IMG/VR virus record: IMGVR_UViG_3300037751_000052
Location: 1 to 27,410 of that record
DNA from: a virus
Lineage: Duplodnaviria > Caudoviricetes
Length of the DNA stretch: 27,410 nt
Strand: one strand, 5' to 3'
The position numbers were made by a program, and so were the translations under genes. How positions within the stretch are numbered: position 1 is the stretch's first letter; the number at the start of each line of letters is the position of its first letter. The notes below the pieces were generated by a model. It had not been told where the DNA came from. It was given only the letters and a program-made list of their open reading frames with translations, and searched no databases. Below, piece by piece: positions 10,701-17,847 of the stretch.

Positions 10701-10959
10701 CGTGTCCCCGACGTGGCGGAACTTGGTCGACGTGCCACTGGGCGAGTTGACCGAGGCATACGAAATCGAGGTCTACACGAGCGCAGCGTATACTACGCTC
10801 AAGCGCACGCTGACCAGCTCGACCCCGACGGTGGCTTACACGTCGGCCCAGCAGGTGACCGACTTCGGGTCGAACCAAGCGACCCTGCACGTAAAAATCT
10901 ACCAGATGTCGGCCACGGTCGGCAGAGGGTACCCCCTCTCTACATCCATCACGAGGTAA
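7732..10959 (+). CDS. Tail tip / host-specificity protein (megatron, RcGTA g15 / gpJ-like) with an internal beta-propeller
   Basis: GPRLNDLRVQTSTYGANIPRIYG, YSYSSTFAVGLC.GPI, PAYRGLAY, LPREVRVKY.D..R.Y, LRGRFGTE and WIRRGR motifs. Start probably GTG 7732 (GTGA overlap with the peptidase stop). Confidence 0.9.
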   Translation: MSTGQITGVISAVVTFVMTGGNIPAAVAAYQIGSMVGNAIDPPKGPTIHGPRLNDLRVQTSTYGANIPRIYGTVATFGNVFWVENNQLKESVKKKKSGGKGGGGGGSTIKTYSYSSTFAVGLCKGPIEGVRRIWVGSKLIYDAGASDIESIIASNRAATGFAIYTGSTTQMPDPRMQAAIGAANCPAYRGLAYIVLYDYPLADHGNSLLGAQVKVEVVSDASFAVRDWEGFASPLTGLRQVATGNDRMVVVGPGSKSMVSILGQPWQTGLGMTADMNNLWGVAFGAGVFVAMTRFPSYATSPDGLAWTMGTLINVGDTNLAITYGGGRFVIVGGTALSQYSVTGLEGSWNNAAMPSALSWIDVAYGTDPAGEDVYVAVAANTDQAAFSQDAVVWQAATLPATAAWESIAFGNGVFIAVASDSSATAMSTDGENWVAGSAPAVGARQRIMFGGGLFLLTGFGGTSATSPDGVTWTGQTMPFVDYTWKATGYGNGIFVAFDLNAKTNYAQYVPGAVISSGSSPLSSIVEAECLQSNVLASGDLDVTALTQQVRGYRVTQTGAIRGALEPLQAAWPFDVVQSGYELKFVPRGGSSVATIPATDLDARQDSDAPGVQLTIAHEMDTQLPREVRVKYLDVTREYDDGDQPATRQNTDSIHIRDVELPIVLNAVEAAGMAEVLLYLYWLERRDVQFKLPPSYRALEPADVITITGEWGEYSLRLTGVHLLSDGRLECSAKYNAPAIYTPTAVGVESLNTGQVIALDGPSLYVLLDVPMMRDEDDMPGFPVAMSGYTTGWPGGIIFQSPDDGQTWEDIQGFTGPVPIGYARGTIGAGRVDIIDSANRLQVDLVSGALESVSQLTLFGGANHFAYGAHGRWEILGAANCVLQGDGSYMLSDFLRGRFGTEQYMTTHVAGDQVVLLTDGDMGFVTVQTNSIGSARTYRGITAGRSIDDDEDRSFTYAGVNLECLSPVYLNGNRHPSTNDWTLTWIRRGRVSPTWRNLVDVPLGELTEAYEIEVYTSAAYTTLKRTLTSSTPTVAYTSAQQVTDFGSNQATLHVKIYQMSATVGRGYPLSTSITR
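8437..9258 (+). repeat. About seven ~40-aa blade repeats (aromatic-G-x-G-x-FVAV...S-x-DG-x-x-W)
   Basis: VAFGAGVFVAM..TSPDGLAW, ITYGGGRFVIV, IAFGNGVFIAV..MSTDGENW, IMFGGGLFLL..TSPDGVTW, GYGNGIFVAF. Confidence 0.75.
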
Positions 10960-10963
10960 CAAA

Positions 10964-11623
10964 GTGGCTGACAGTTCAACAAACCTAGATGTTGTCTCTT
11001 CCAGTCAGGCGGCTAAAGAGGTCACAGTGAATGCCGCGCTAGACGCAGCAAGCCGCGCGGCGGACTTCGGGCGGCGCGCCTCAACCAGCTCTGGCTTGAC
11101 GTGGGGCTACCACGGCACGCCGCGCTGGTACGTCAACGCGACCGCGACGGTGAAGGCCAACACGACGCTAACCCTGACGGCATCGAGTACGCGGTTCGTC
11201 TCGGCTGATCGCGCACTTGCGGTGACTGAGGTCGCGACCGCGTTCCCTGCCGACAAGCTGGCGCTCTACAAAATCGTTACTGGCACGGCGACCGTCACGA
11301 GCTATGAAGATCACAGGGACATGCACCACCGGATGCGGTTCATGTACGGCCGATTCGTTCTGGCGATGGCGGATGCGAACCAGACGCTCACGTATGAGCA
11401 GGCGATGTGCGAGTCTATGGAGCTGACCGGGGCGCTGACCGCGCTGCGGAATGTGACCGTGCCGTTGGTGCCGCGCGCCTGGACGGTGTTCGCGAACGTG
11501 ACGGGCGGGTTCGGGGTTCAGGTGATCGGCGCGTCCGGGACCGGCATCACGGTCGCAGATGGAAAGCGTGCCATCGTGGAATGCGACGGCACGAACGTCG
11601 TGAGGGTCACAGCGGACGTTTGA
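10964..11623 (+). CDS. Small tail fibre / receptor-binding-associated protein
   Basis: N-terminus (NLDVVSSSQAAKEVTVNAAL) resembles the anchor of DUF2793-type proteins that follow megatron genes. Thr/Ala-rich beta body ending CDGTNV. RBS GAGGT before the GTG. Confidence 0.65.
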   Translation: MADSSTNLDVVSSSQAAKEVTVNAALDAASRAADFGRRASTSSGLTWGYHGTPRWYVNATATVKANTTLTLTASSTRFVSADRALAVTEVATAFPADKLALYKIVTGTATVTSYEDHRDMHHRMRFMYGRFVLAMADANQTLTYEQAMCESMELTGALTALRNVTVPLVPRAWTVFANVTGGFGVQVIGASGTGITVADGKRAIVECDGTNVVRVTADV

Positions 11624-11652
11624 GCCTGGAGATTTGGTTGTTGTAGCGGGTT

Positions 11653-11686
11653 GGCCGGGGGTTATGCCCCGGCCCTCTTTTTGTTT
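11653..11686 (+). terminator. Rho-independent terminator of the tail operon
   Basis: GGCCGGGG-gttatg-CCCCGGCC 8-bp stem followed by CTCTTTTTGTTT, about 30 nt after the last + strand stop. Confidence 0.85.
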
Positions 11687-11700
11687 CACAACGGGAGCCT

Positions 11701-11723
11701 CTGTGAAAACTCCTGTGAAAACT
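11701..11723. repeat. Integrase arm-type binding sites (P arm)
   Basis: Exact direct repeat CTGTGAAAACT at 11701-11711 and 11713-11723, about 100 bp left of the att core. Confidence 0.7.
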
Positions 11724-11820
11724 GCGCCGAAGTCATACGAAAAAGCCTGACTGCGCTTAGACGACACCCGCGAAAAATATGGGTTGTAGTCGTGTGAATA
11801 CAGTGGCAGAATGCTTTTCT

Positions 11821-11847
11821 CAGGTTCGATTCCTGTCGGGCAGGCCA
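11821..11847 (+). mobile_element. attP core = 3' end of a tRNA gene (T-arm, acceptor strand and CCA), probably tRNA-Arg
   Basis: CAGG-TTCGATT-CCTG(T)-CGGGCAG-G-CCA. No 5' tRNA half lies upstream. It directly abuts the integrase stop codon (11848-11850). The Arg assignment is from recall of proteobacterial tRNA-Arg(UCU) acceptor stems (CTGCCCG/CGGGCAG) and was not checked. Confidence 0.85.
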
Positions 11848-13008
11848 CTAAGTGCCTGATTTTCCTGAGTCCGAACCCTCTCTGTAAATTTTCTGTGTAA
11901 ACTCAGCCAGCTTCGCCCGCTCCCGGCCCTTGTCCGAGGACGACAGCCATCTCGCGTAGACCCTGAGAAACATCTCGACCGAGTGCCCGAGCTGGGTCGC
12001 GCACCACGCGGGGTTGCAGCCTGCCATGAGGAGCATCGTGGCGCAGGTGTGGCGGGTCTGCCGCGCGTCGCGGTCGCGGATGCCGAGGCGCTTGAGGGAC
12101 GGTCGCCAGTATTTCTTCACCAGGTCAGCGGTGTCCCACCAGTTTTCACCCGTGACCGGGTTTGTGAAAATCCGATCCCCCTTCATGTGGGTGTGGGCAC
12201 GCTGGCGCTCGAAGATCGCGAGGGCCCGCTCGTCAAGCTCCACGTCACGGGAGCGGTTGGTCTTGGTCACCTTCTCGACCCCGCGCACGCGAGCGCCGGA
12301 GATCCGAAGGACACCCTTGCGACGGTCGAGGTTTCCCCATGGCAGGGCGATGCCCTCGGACGGGCGCCACCCCAACCACAAGGCGCCCTCGAAGTAGTTG
12401 GCGATCTGCGGGTGGTAGTGGCTGGCCATGTCCCGGATCACGGCCTCGACCTCGTCCCGGTCCAGCGGATCGGGCTCGGGCTCGGCCACTTTGGCGAACT
12501 GGATGGACTTTGTGGGGTTCTCAGACACCCATTTGCACAGGACGGCGTAGTCGTACAGGCCCCGGACGCAACTGATGATGTTGTTGTGGGTCTTGCTGGT
12601 GACAGGGAGATTGGAGAGCCGCTGGTCGATGACCGCGAAGTCGACCTCGCCAAGGTGGCGGTCGAGGTGCTCGGAGAGGAAGTGCCGCAGGGTGTTGCGG
12701 TACTCGCTGACGGTGGTCTTGGCCAACACCCTGGCCTTGCTCGCTACGTACTGCTCGATGGCCTCGTGAATGACCGGGCCGTTGTCCGACTGGGTGGCGT
12801 GCTGGCTGTCGGGGAAGTAGTCGCCGATGGTGAACGTGCCAAGTTCGATGCTGCGAAGAATGTCCTGCCGCATCCTCGCGGCGTAGTTCATGTTCTTCGG
12901 CGTTGGCTCTAGGCGGAGGGTCTCGCGGTAGGACTTGCCGTTCCACCGGAAGTAGATGAGGATCGACGCTTGCCTCTCATAGAGGCCCGTCCAGGTTTGC
13001 TTGCCCAC
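11848..13008 (-). CDS. int: Tyrosine integrase with N-terminal arm-binding (DUF3596-like) domain
   Basis: IYFRWNGKSYRETL arm domain; catalytic GWRPSE, KT, RQTRH, LGHS and VYARW. Likely start GTG 13008 with GAGGGG upstream (the ORF track extends to 13062). Confidence 0.95.
   Translation of the reverse strand: MGKQTWTGLYERQASILIYFRWNGKSYRETLRLEPTPKNMNYAARMRQDILRSIELGTFTIGDYFPDSQHATQSDNGPVIHEAIEQYVASKARVLAKTTVSEYRNTLRHFLSEHLDRHLGEVDFAVIDQRLSNLPVTSKTHNNIISCVRGLYDYAVLCKWVSENPTKSIQFAKVAEPEPDPLDRDEVEAVIRDMASHYHPQIANYFEGALWLGWRPSEGIALPWGNLDRRKGVLRISGARVRGVEKVTKTNRSRDVELDERALAIFERQRAHTHMKGDRIFTNPVTGENWWDTADLVKKYWRPSLKRLGIRDRDARQTRHTCATMLLMAGCNPAWCATQLGHSVEMFLRVYARWLSSSDKGRERAKLAEFTQKIYREGSDSGKSGT
11849..11861 (-). 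promoter_or_regulatory. IHF-like binding site in attP
   Basis: The reverse strand reads AATCAG-GCAC-TTA, matching WATCARNNNNTTR, between the core and the right arm sites. Confidence 0.55.
11880..11903. repeat. Integrase arm-type binding sites (P' arm) inside the 3' end of int
   Basis: CTGTGTAAACT (11893-11903, 10/11 match to the left-arm repeat) and CTCTGTAAATT (11880-11890, 8/11). Confidence 0.55.
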
Positions 13009-13187
13009 TTGTTGTACCCCTCGATGTCGATGAGCTGCCTGCCGTCCTCGGCCCACTTCCACTCGTGGCCCTCGGCCCAGACCCCGGTCTGAATCTTGGT
13101 CCGAATCGCGTCAGACGAGTAGCCGATGAGGTTCGAGGCTCGCTCGATGGTAACGTATCTCACGTAGATGGCTTCGATCTGGATCAT
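12909..13187 (-). CDS. xis: Excisionase / recombination directionality factor
   Basis: RYVTIERASNLIGYSSDAIRTKIQTGVWAEG.EW....DGR.LIDIEGYNKW winged-helix signature. It overlaps the 5' end of int. RBS AAGAGGT. Confidence 0.85.
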   Translation of the reverse strand: MIQIEAIYVRYVTIERASNLIGYSSDAIRTKIQTGVWAEGHEWKWAEDGRQLIDIEGYNKWASKPGRASMRGKRRSSSTSGGTASPTARPSA

Positions 13188-13349
13188 TTGAGACCTCTTA
13201 TTCTTTTGTTTTCGTGTGACTTCGTGGAGCCCCGTATGGGCCCCTGAGCGGGCTGAGTGGTGCGGGGCAGGCCAAGGTCTTCACCCCGCCCTGATCTCCG
13301 CACCACGGCCCTCCTATCGCGTCGATTCTATGACGTTATCCTAGGAAAA

Positions 13350-13562
13350 TCAGGACACGGACTCCTCGTCCTCTTCCCTTGGCAAATCCCCGAATATCTC
13401 AATGACCTTGGTCATACGGTCTGACTCCACAAGGGTTTCGACTACAACCCTTACTGCATCGTAGGACTTGAAGTGAATTGAGAACGTGGTCACGTTCTTG
13501 GTGTTTATCCCAAGAGCTTCCAGTACCTGGTTCCCTACTCCCTTAGTGGTTACGTATCCCAT
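13350..13562 (-). CDS. Hypothetical protein, 70 aa
   Basis: ATG 13562 with AAGGAG upstream; acidic C-terminus; lower GC than the neighbouring genes. Confidence 0.65.
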   Translation of the reverse strand: MGYVTTKGVGNQVLEALGINTKNVTTFSIHFKSYDAVRVVVETLVESDRMTKVIEIFGDLPREEDEESVS

Positions 13563-13578
13563 TACTTTCTCCTTGTTC

Positions 13579-13800
13579 TTAGGCTGAGGGTTGGTTAGAA
13601 CTATTGGTAGGGTCCCTCTCCTCCCACCCAATCTGAGACGAGACCATGGCCAGGGCTATGATCGCCAGACTTCCACCCCTGCCCACAAGGTCTAGGATCT
13701 CGGCCACGTACTGCTCAATGGCAACTTGGTCGTCTTCTGTTAGGTCAGCGACCAAGGTCTTGATCCTGTCGTAGTCCGTATTCACTTCTGCTTCACTCAT
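13579..13800 (-). CDS. Hypothetical protein, 73 aa
   Basis: ATG 13800 with GAGGT upstream, overlapping the deaminase stop; helical hairpin-like sequence. Confidence 0.65.
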   Translation of the reverse strand: MSEAEVNTDYDRIKTLVADLTEDDQVAIEQYVAEILDLVGRGGSLAIIALAMVSSQIGWEERDPTNSSNQPSA

Positions 13801-14245
13801 CGTCTGACACCTCAATCACCTTCACACCACATTCTCGGAACAACGCGCGGGCAACACTCAAACTCTCCGACCACCGCTCTGCGAACTCCGGGGTGGGGGC
13901 GGGGCAAACCACGATGACGACCCCGCTCTGGATGATGGCGCGGGCGCAGTCACAGCAAGGGTAGTGCGTGACGACGATCGAGCAGCCCTTGGTCGAGAAC
14001 CCCTGACGGGCTGCGGCATAGATCGCGTTCCGCTCGGCGTGCTCGAACACTCGGAGCTTGTAGTCCCGGTCGATGGACTTTGTCTCGTCGGCAGAGCACC
14101 CACGAGGGGCGCCGTTGTAGCCCCAAGGCCCGCCCTCACCACTGGGGCCCACGATCAGGGCCCCGACCTTCGTGCTCTGGTCCTTCGACAACTCCGCCAC
14201 GGCACGGGCGATGGGCAGGAACTTCAGGAATCTTCGCCCCATCAC
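13793..14245 (-). CDS. dCMP deaminase
   Basis: S.D.STKVGA, GYNG.PRG, HAERNAI and PCCDCARAIIQSG zinc-deaminase motifs. Confidence 0.92.
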   Translation of the reverse strand: MMGRRFLKFLPIARAVAELSKDQSTKVGALIVGPSGEGGPWGYNGAPRGCSADETKSIDRDYKLRVFEHAERNAIYAAARQGFSTKGCSIVVTHYPCCDCARAIIQSGVVIVVCPAPTPEFAERWSESLSVARALFRECGVKVIEVSDDE

Positions 14246-14496
14246 GCGACCCCGTTACGGTACTGCGTCGCGTCGGAAATCTGCTGGTTCAGCATCGTCG
14301 AGATGGGTAGGAAGTTGGCCACTTCCATCGCCTCGAACTCGGCGATGGTCATGGGCTCCCCATCAAGGGTGACGAGCCTCGACGCGAGCCGGGTCAGGAA
14401 CACCCAGCTATTGTCCGCCTGGGCGAAGATCAGGTCAGCCATCGTAGGGGGGCGCATGGCGGCGAAGGCGCCGCAGGGTAGAACGATCTCTCTCAT
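14242..14496 (-). CDS. Hypothetical protein, 84 aa, resembling Mu gp41 / P2 gpE-type tail assembly chaperones
   Basis: LP.G....MRPPTMADLI.AQ...L.SRLV.LDG.P.T..E.E.M...NF pattern; coupled to the deaminase start; A-rich RBS. Confidence 0.55.
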   Translation of the reverse strand: MREIVLPCGAFAAMRPPTMADLIFAQADNSWVFLTRLASRLVTLDGEPMTIAEFEAMEVANFLPISTMLNQQISDATQYRNGVA

Positions 14497-14520
14497 TATT
14501 CTTCTTGTCCTTGTTGAAAA

Positions 14521-16650
14521 TCAGAGGCTGATCAGGTTGTCGGCGAAGCTCTCACTCAGCCCATCGTGAGTCACCAGAATGACCTGTGAGAATCCACAGG
14601 AAGCAATGAAGCCGAGCAGGGCCCCGGTCCTGTCGGAGTCGCATCCCTGCGAGGGCTCGTCGAGGACGAGGAAGGGGCACCCCGGCAGGAACGTCTTGAT
14701 CAGCGCAACGCGTGTGGCAAGGCCGAGGATGTCCTTGGTCGAGCCCGAGAGCGTGGCCACCGACTGACCATTGACGGAGAACCCGCCGTTGGCCTTGGTC
14801 ACGACCGACTTCTCGCCCCGCATCTGGGTGAACAACGTGCTGACGGATGCGAGCACGAGGTTCCACATGCGCGTGGCCACGTTCGGGCGGGCAGCCCGGA
14901 TCTTCTTCACCAGGTTGTTGTTGAACGCCAGATCAGAAAGGGCCTTCTCAGTGTCCGCGATCTCCTGCGTGATACGGGTCTGGGTCTCTGCCGCGCGCCC
15001 CCACACCCCCATGCGCTGGGCGAACTCCACGCTGAGGGCGTCGAGGATGTCCTTGTTGCGGATGATGTCCGCCTCGATGAGCCTCACCGCTTCCCCGGCT
15101 TCGAGGTAGCTGGCCTCCAGCACCTGGAAGGCCTCCTCCGACACGAGGTTGAGGTTGGTGATCTCAGTGGTAAGGGCCCCAACCTTGACCTCGGCCTCCG
15201 AGATCACTCCTTCGTAGGCCTGGGCTCGGGCCTTGGCCGCACGCATTGCCGTGACCTTGTCCTCGCACTCGCGCAGATCCTTGGCGTAGTCCGGGCTCGG
15301 GCCATTGCTGGGGATACTCCCCGCCCAAGTAATCCCGTTGGGGGTGCAGGTTTCGTCGACCTCGACGTTGGTACCAAGGGTCTTGATCAGGGCCTCGACC
15401 TTTCGCTGGGCTTCGATCAGGGCCTCGAACGTGTCCTTGTGGGCCTTGTCCGCCTCAAGACAGGACTCCGCCTTCTCGATTTCCTGCCCCTTGGCCGCGA
15501 CCTTTTCCGCGATCTCCGCGTTGAGGCGGGCGACCTCGGGGAACTGGCTCACGTCCTGGTGGCAGAACCCGCAGGTGCTGGAGGTGACGCGACGCGCTTC
15601 CAGCGTCTTGACCTCGCCCCGCATCGAGGCGATGTCGGTGCGCAGGTTGGCGATCCGGTTGGTGGATGCCCTGAGGCTCGACTCCACGTCCTTCAGGGGA
15701 GCGGGCAGTCGAACCCGGAACGGCTGGAATGCGGCGAAGGTCTGGTAGGCCTTCAGCCGCAGGGCGAAACCCTTCTGCTCTTCTACAGCCTTCTTCAGCA
15801 GAACGATCTCGTCCTCAAGGGGGCCCGTGCTCGGGTTCGACAGGTACCACTCCGCCTTGAGCTTGGTCCGGGTCGATTCCTGCTGCGTGCGGTACTGGGC
15901 GATCTCGCGCTCGATCTCGTCCCTACGGCCCCGACGCTCGTACTCGTCCTTCCATGCCCGGTAGTGGACGAGGAAGTCTTCGTTCGCTTTCTTGAGGTTG
16001 GCATCGGAGTCGGCGATGGCCTCGGAGTAGCCCCGGCTCAACGTCCCGAACTCCACCTCGTCGGGTTTCGCCGGCATTTCCAGCAGGTCAAGCTGGGCCC
16101 GTTGCCCCTTCAGGCGCTCCTCGAAAACCGTGGGCGCGCCCAGCGACAGCTTCTCGGCGGCGGCTTCGAGGAGCCTATCGAACAGGTCGAAGTCAGCGAG
16201 CTGCTCGATTACTAGGCTCGTAGCCTTGGGCCCGGCATCGAGGGTGCCCCGCAGCGAGCCCTGTGGGGAGAGCATCAGGATGGCGGCTGTCGTGGCATCC
16301 GCCCCGAGCAGTTGCGTGGCGAAGTTCGAGACCTCGGTCTGGCCCGTGACGAACACCTTGCCGTCGACCACGACCTCGGCGCCGGACTTTCCCCTCACAA
16401 AGGTGTAGGGCTTGCCGTCGACCTCGACCACGAGCCTGACCTTGAGATCCTTCTCATCCTTTCCCCAGGTCACCACTTGGCTAAGGGTCTCGGGCAACAC
16501 TTTGGTGCCGTACAGGGCATAGGCCGCGCCTAGGAGGAGTGTGGATTTCCCCGCTTCGTTCGCGCCTCTCACAACTTGAAGTCCCCCCGTGAAGGAGACA
16601 TCAAGATTCTCGTGTTGCATAAAGTTTGTGAGACTCAGGCTCTTAAGCAT
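14521..16650 (-). CDS. SbcC/Rad50-like SMC ATPase (recombination nuclease subunit)
   Basis: LTNF..H, Walker A GANEAGKST, Q-loop PQG, coiled coils around zinc hook CGFC, signature LSGST, Walker B LVLDEP, H-loop VTH. Confidence 0.93.
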   Translation of the reverse strand: MLKSLSLTNFMQHENLDVSFTGGLQVVRGANEAGKSTLLLGAAYALYGTKVLPETLSQVVTWGKDEKDLKVRLVVEVDGKPYTFVRGKSGAEVVVDGKVFVTGQTEVSNFATQLLGADATTAAILMLSPQGSLRGTLDAGPKATSLVIEQLADFDLFDRLLEAAAEKLSLGAPTVFEERLKGQRAQLDLLEMPAKPDEVEFGTLSRGYSEAIADSDANLKKANEDFLVHYRAWKDEYERRGRRDEIEREIAQYRTQQESTRTKLKAEWYLSNPSTGPLEDEIVLLKKAVEEQKGFALRLKAYQTFAAFQPFRVRLPAPLKDVESSLRASTNRIANLRTDIASMRGEVKTLEARRVTSSTCGFCHQDVSQFPEVARLNAEIAEKVAAKGQEIEKAESCLEADKAHKDTFEALIEAQRKVEALIKTLGTNVEVDETCTPNGITWAGSIPSNGPSPDYAKDLRECEDKVTAMRAAKARAQAYEGVISEAEVKVGALTTEITNLNLVSEEAFQVLEASYLEAGEAVRLIEADIIRNKDILDALSVEFAQRMGVWGRAAETQTRITQEIADTEKALSDLAFNNNLVKKIRAARPNVATRMWNLVLASVSTLFTQMRGEKSVVTKANGGFSVNGQSVATLSGSTKDILGLATRVALIKTFLPGCPFLVLDEPSQGCDSDRTGALLGFIASCGFSQVILVTHDGLSESFADNLISL

Positions 16651-16825
16651 CAGATGGCTCCTTCATGTCTGTCTGTTTCGTGCGCAGGGCAGAGACGTCT
16701 GCTAGTACATCCTTAACCGCATGCCCGATTAACCACAGAACCAAGAACGGGAGGGCAATAATAATGAGAGGGCTGGCCAATACCCCCAGCGCACCTAAAA
16801 GCATTGTCTTTATGGTTTCTCTCAT
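16643..16825 (-). CDS. Small membrane protein, 60 aa
   Basis: Long hydrophobic stretch LLGALGVLASPLIIIALPFLVLWLIG; overlaps both neighbours. Confidence 0.65.
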   Translation of the reverse strand: MRETIKTMLLGALGVLASPLIIIALPFLVLWLIGHAVKDVLADVSALRTKQTDMKEPSDA

Positions 16826-17847
16826 TCCAGCAACTCCTTCACAGTCTTCCTCTCCCGTTCGTTGAGTTCCTCCAGCAACATCCCGAGGACATCGACCTTC
16901 GACACATCATCGAAGCTCATTTCAGCTAGGGCATCGAAGTCGGCCATACCCTCAATGCGAACTGAATTGGAGATCACCATGGCAGATGACACCTTGCGCA
17001 GGGCCGCGACCGCGCCCACGACCTCGGCCGCTTGGTCTGCCGTGGCCGAGCCCGTGACCCGGATGAAGTCCACCTCGGGGGCATCCTCAAGGTCCGTCCA
17101 ATCGACCTCGGCGTAGTGGTCGGGTATTGAGACCATCTCTTCCAGCGTATAGTCCGTGCCATCAAAGTAGGCCGAATACTTTGACTTAGATCCGAGGCAG
17201 TCCGCGACCGAGGACGGGACGCCGTTGCCTAGTACGAGCAATCTACCGTTGAACAACCTGCGGTGGTCATGCTCGTGCCCCAGCACGACCGTGTTGCCGT
17301 TGGCAATCAAGGGGATGACCATAGCCTCAGTCAGGTTCAAGCTGCTCACGCTGTCTGCAGCGTGGAAGTTGTTGTAGTTCGCATGAAATACGATAACCCG
17401 ATCCTTTACGTCAGCTAATCTCTCGACCTCCAGTCGCAGCAGGTCGTTGTTAGGGAGGTGGGGTACAAGGACGAACTGTTGCCATTCAGCCACCTCGCGT
17501 GCGACTGTGAGTCTATCCCCGTACTGAGCCTTGAGGATGTCCATAAGCAGGTCAAACGAACTCGATTGCGTCCCGCGAGGGGAGTGGTCATGGTTACCCC
17601 GCATAACTGCGAGTTCCTGCCCAGACGCAAGGAACTCTGACAATACCTGGTATGCAGCAAACAGACTCCTAGTGTCGATGGTGAACTGGTCCAATAGGTC
17701 GCCCGCGATGAGGTGCGGGTACGCAGGATCGAGAGCCGATCTCAGGGAGTTGAGGATATAGTCCTGCAGAGCAAGGGCACTAATTGGTGTCGTCCCGGCC
17801 ACGCGCTTTGCTGCGACGTGCCAGTCTGTGGTTACCTTGATTTTCAC
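16822..17847 (-). CDS. SbcD/Mre11-like metallophosphoesterase nuclease
   Basis: TDWH, AGDLLD, RGNHD, VFH and LGHEH motifs; upstream of the Rad50-like gene. Confidence 0.9.
   Translation of the reverse strand: MKIKVTTDWHVAAKRVAGTTPISALALQDYILNSLRSALDPAYPHLIAGDLLDQFTIDTRSLFAAYQVLSEFLASGQELAVMRGNHDHSPRGTQSSSFDLLMDILKAQYGDRLTVAREVAEWQQFVLVPHLPNNDLLRLEVERLADVKDRVIVFHANYNNFHAADSVSSLNLTEAMVIPLIANGNTVVLGHEHDHRRLFNGRLLVLGNGVPSSVADCLGSKSKYSAYFDGTDYTLEEMVSIPDHYAEVDWTDLEDAPEVDFIRVTGSATADQAAEVVGAVAALRKVSSAMVISNSVRIEGMADFDALAEMSFDDVSKVDVLGMLLEELNERERKTVKELLE

Noticed and set aside
7732-11623. Diversity-generating retroelement or invertible tail-fibre cassette
   Set aside because: No reverse transcriptase, invertase, template/variable repeat pair or inversion sites were seen in the window.
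11821-11847. Complete tRNA gene
   Set aside because: Only the T-arm, acceptor 3' strand and CCA are present. The upstream sequence has no anticodon arm, D arm or matching 5' acceptor strand.
11168-11848. 226-aa minus-strand ORF starting MACPTGIEP right after the int stop
   Set aside because: The N-terminus is just the reverse-complement translation of the tRNA-derived att core. The ORF crosses attP, the terminator and the antisense of the fibre gene.
12040-12075. Integrase HxxR motif reads RQTR, suggesting inactivation
   Set aside because: The first His is commonly substituted in arm-domain integrases of this type; the catalytic R, K, R, H and Y are present.
11983-12912. 309-aa ORF antisense to the integrase
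   Set aside because: Typical shadow ORF of a GC3-rich gene, with no motifs or RBS. The same applies to 1514..2356, 4375..5160, 6438..7517, 15439..16215, 20501..21205, 22526..23389 and 26653..27348.
14730-14760. Non-canonical ABC signature LSGST in the Rad50-like protein
   Set aside because: Phage Rad50 homologues vary here, and all other ATPase motifs are intact.
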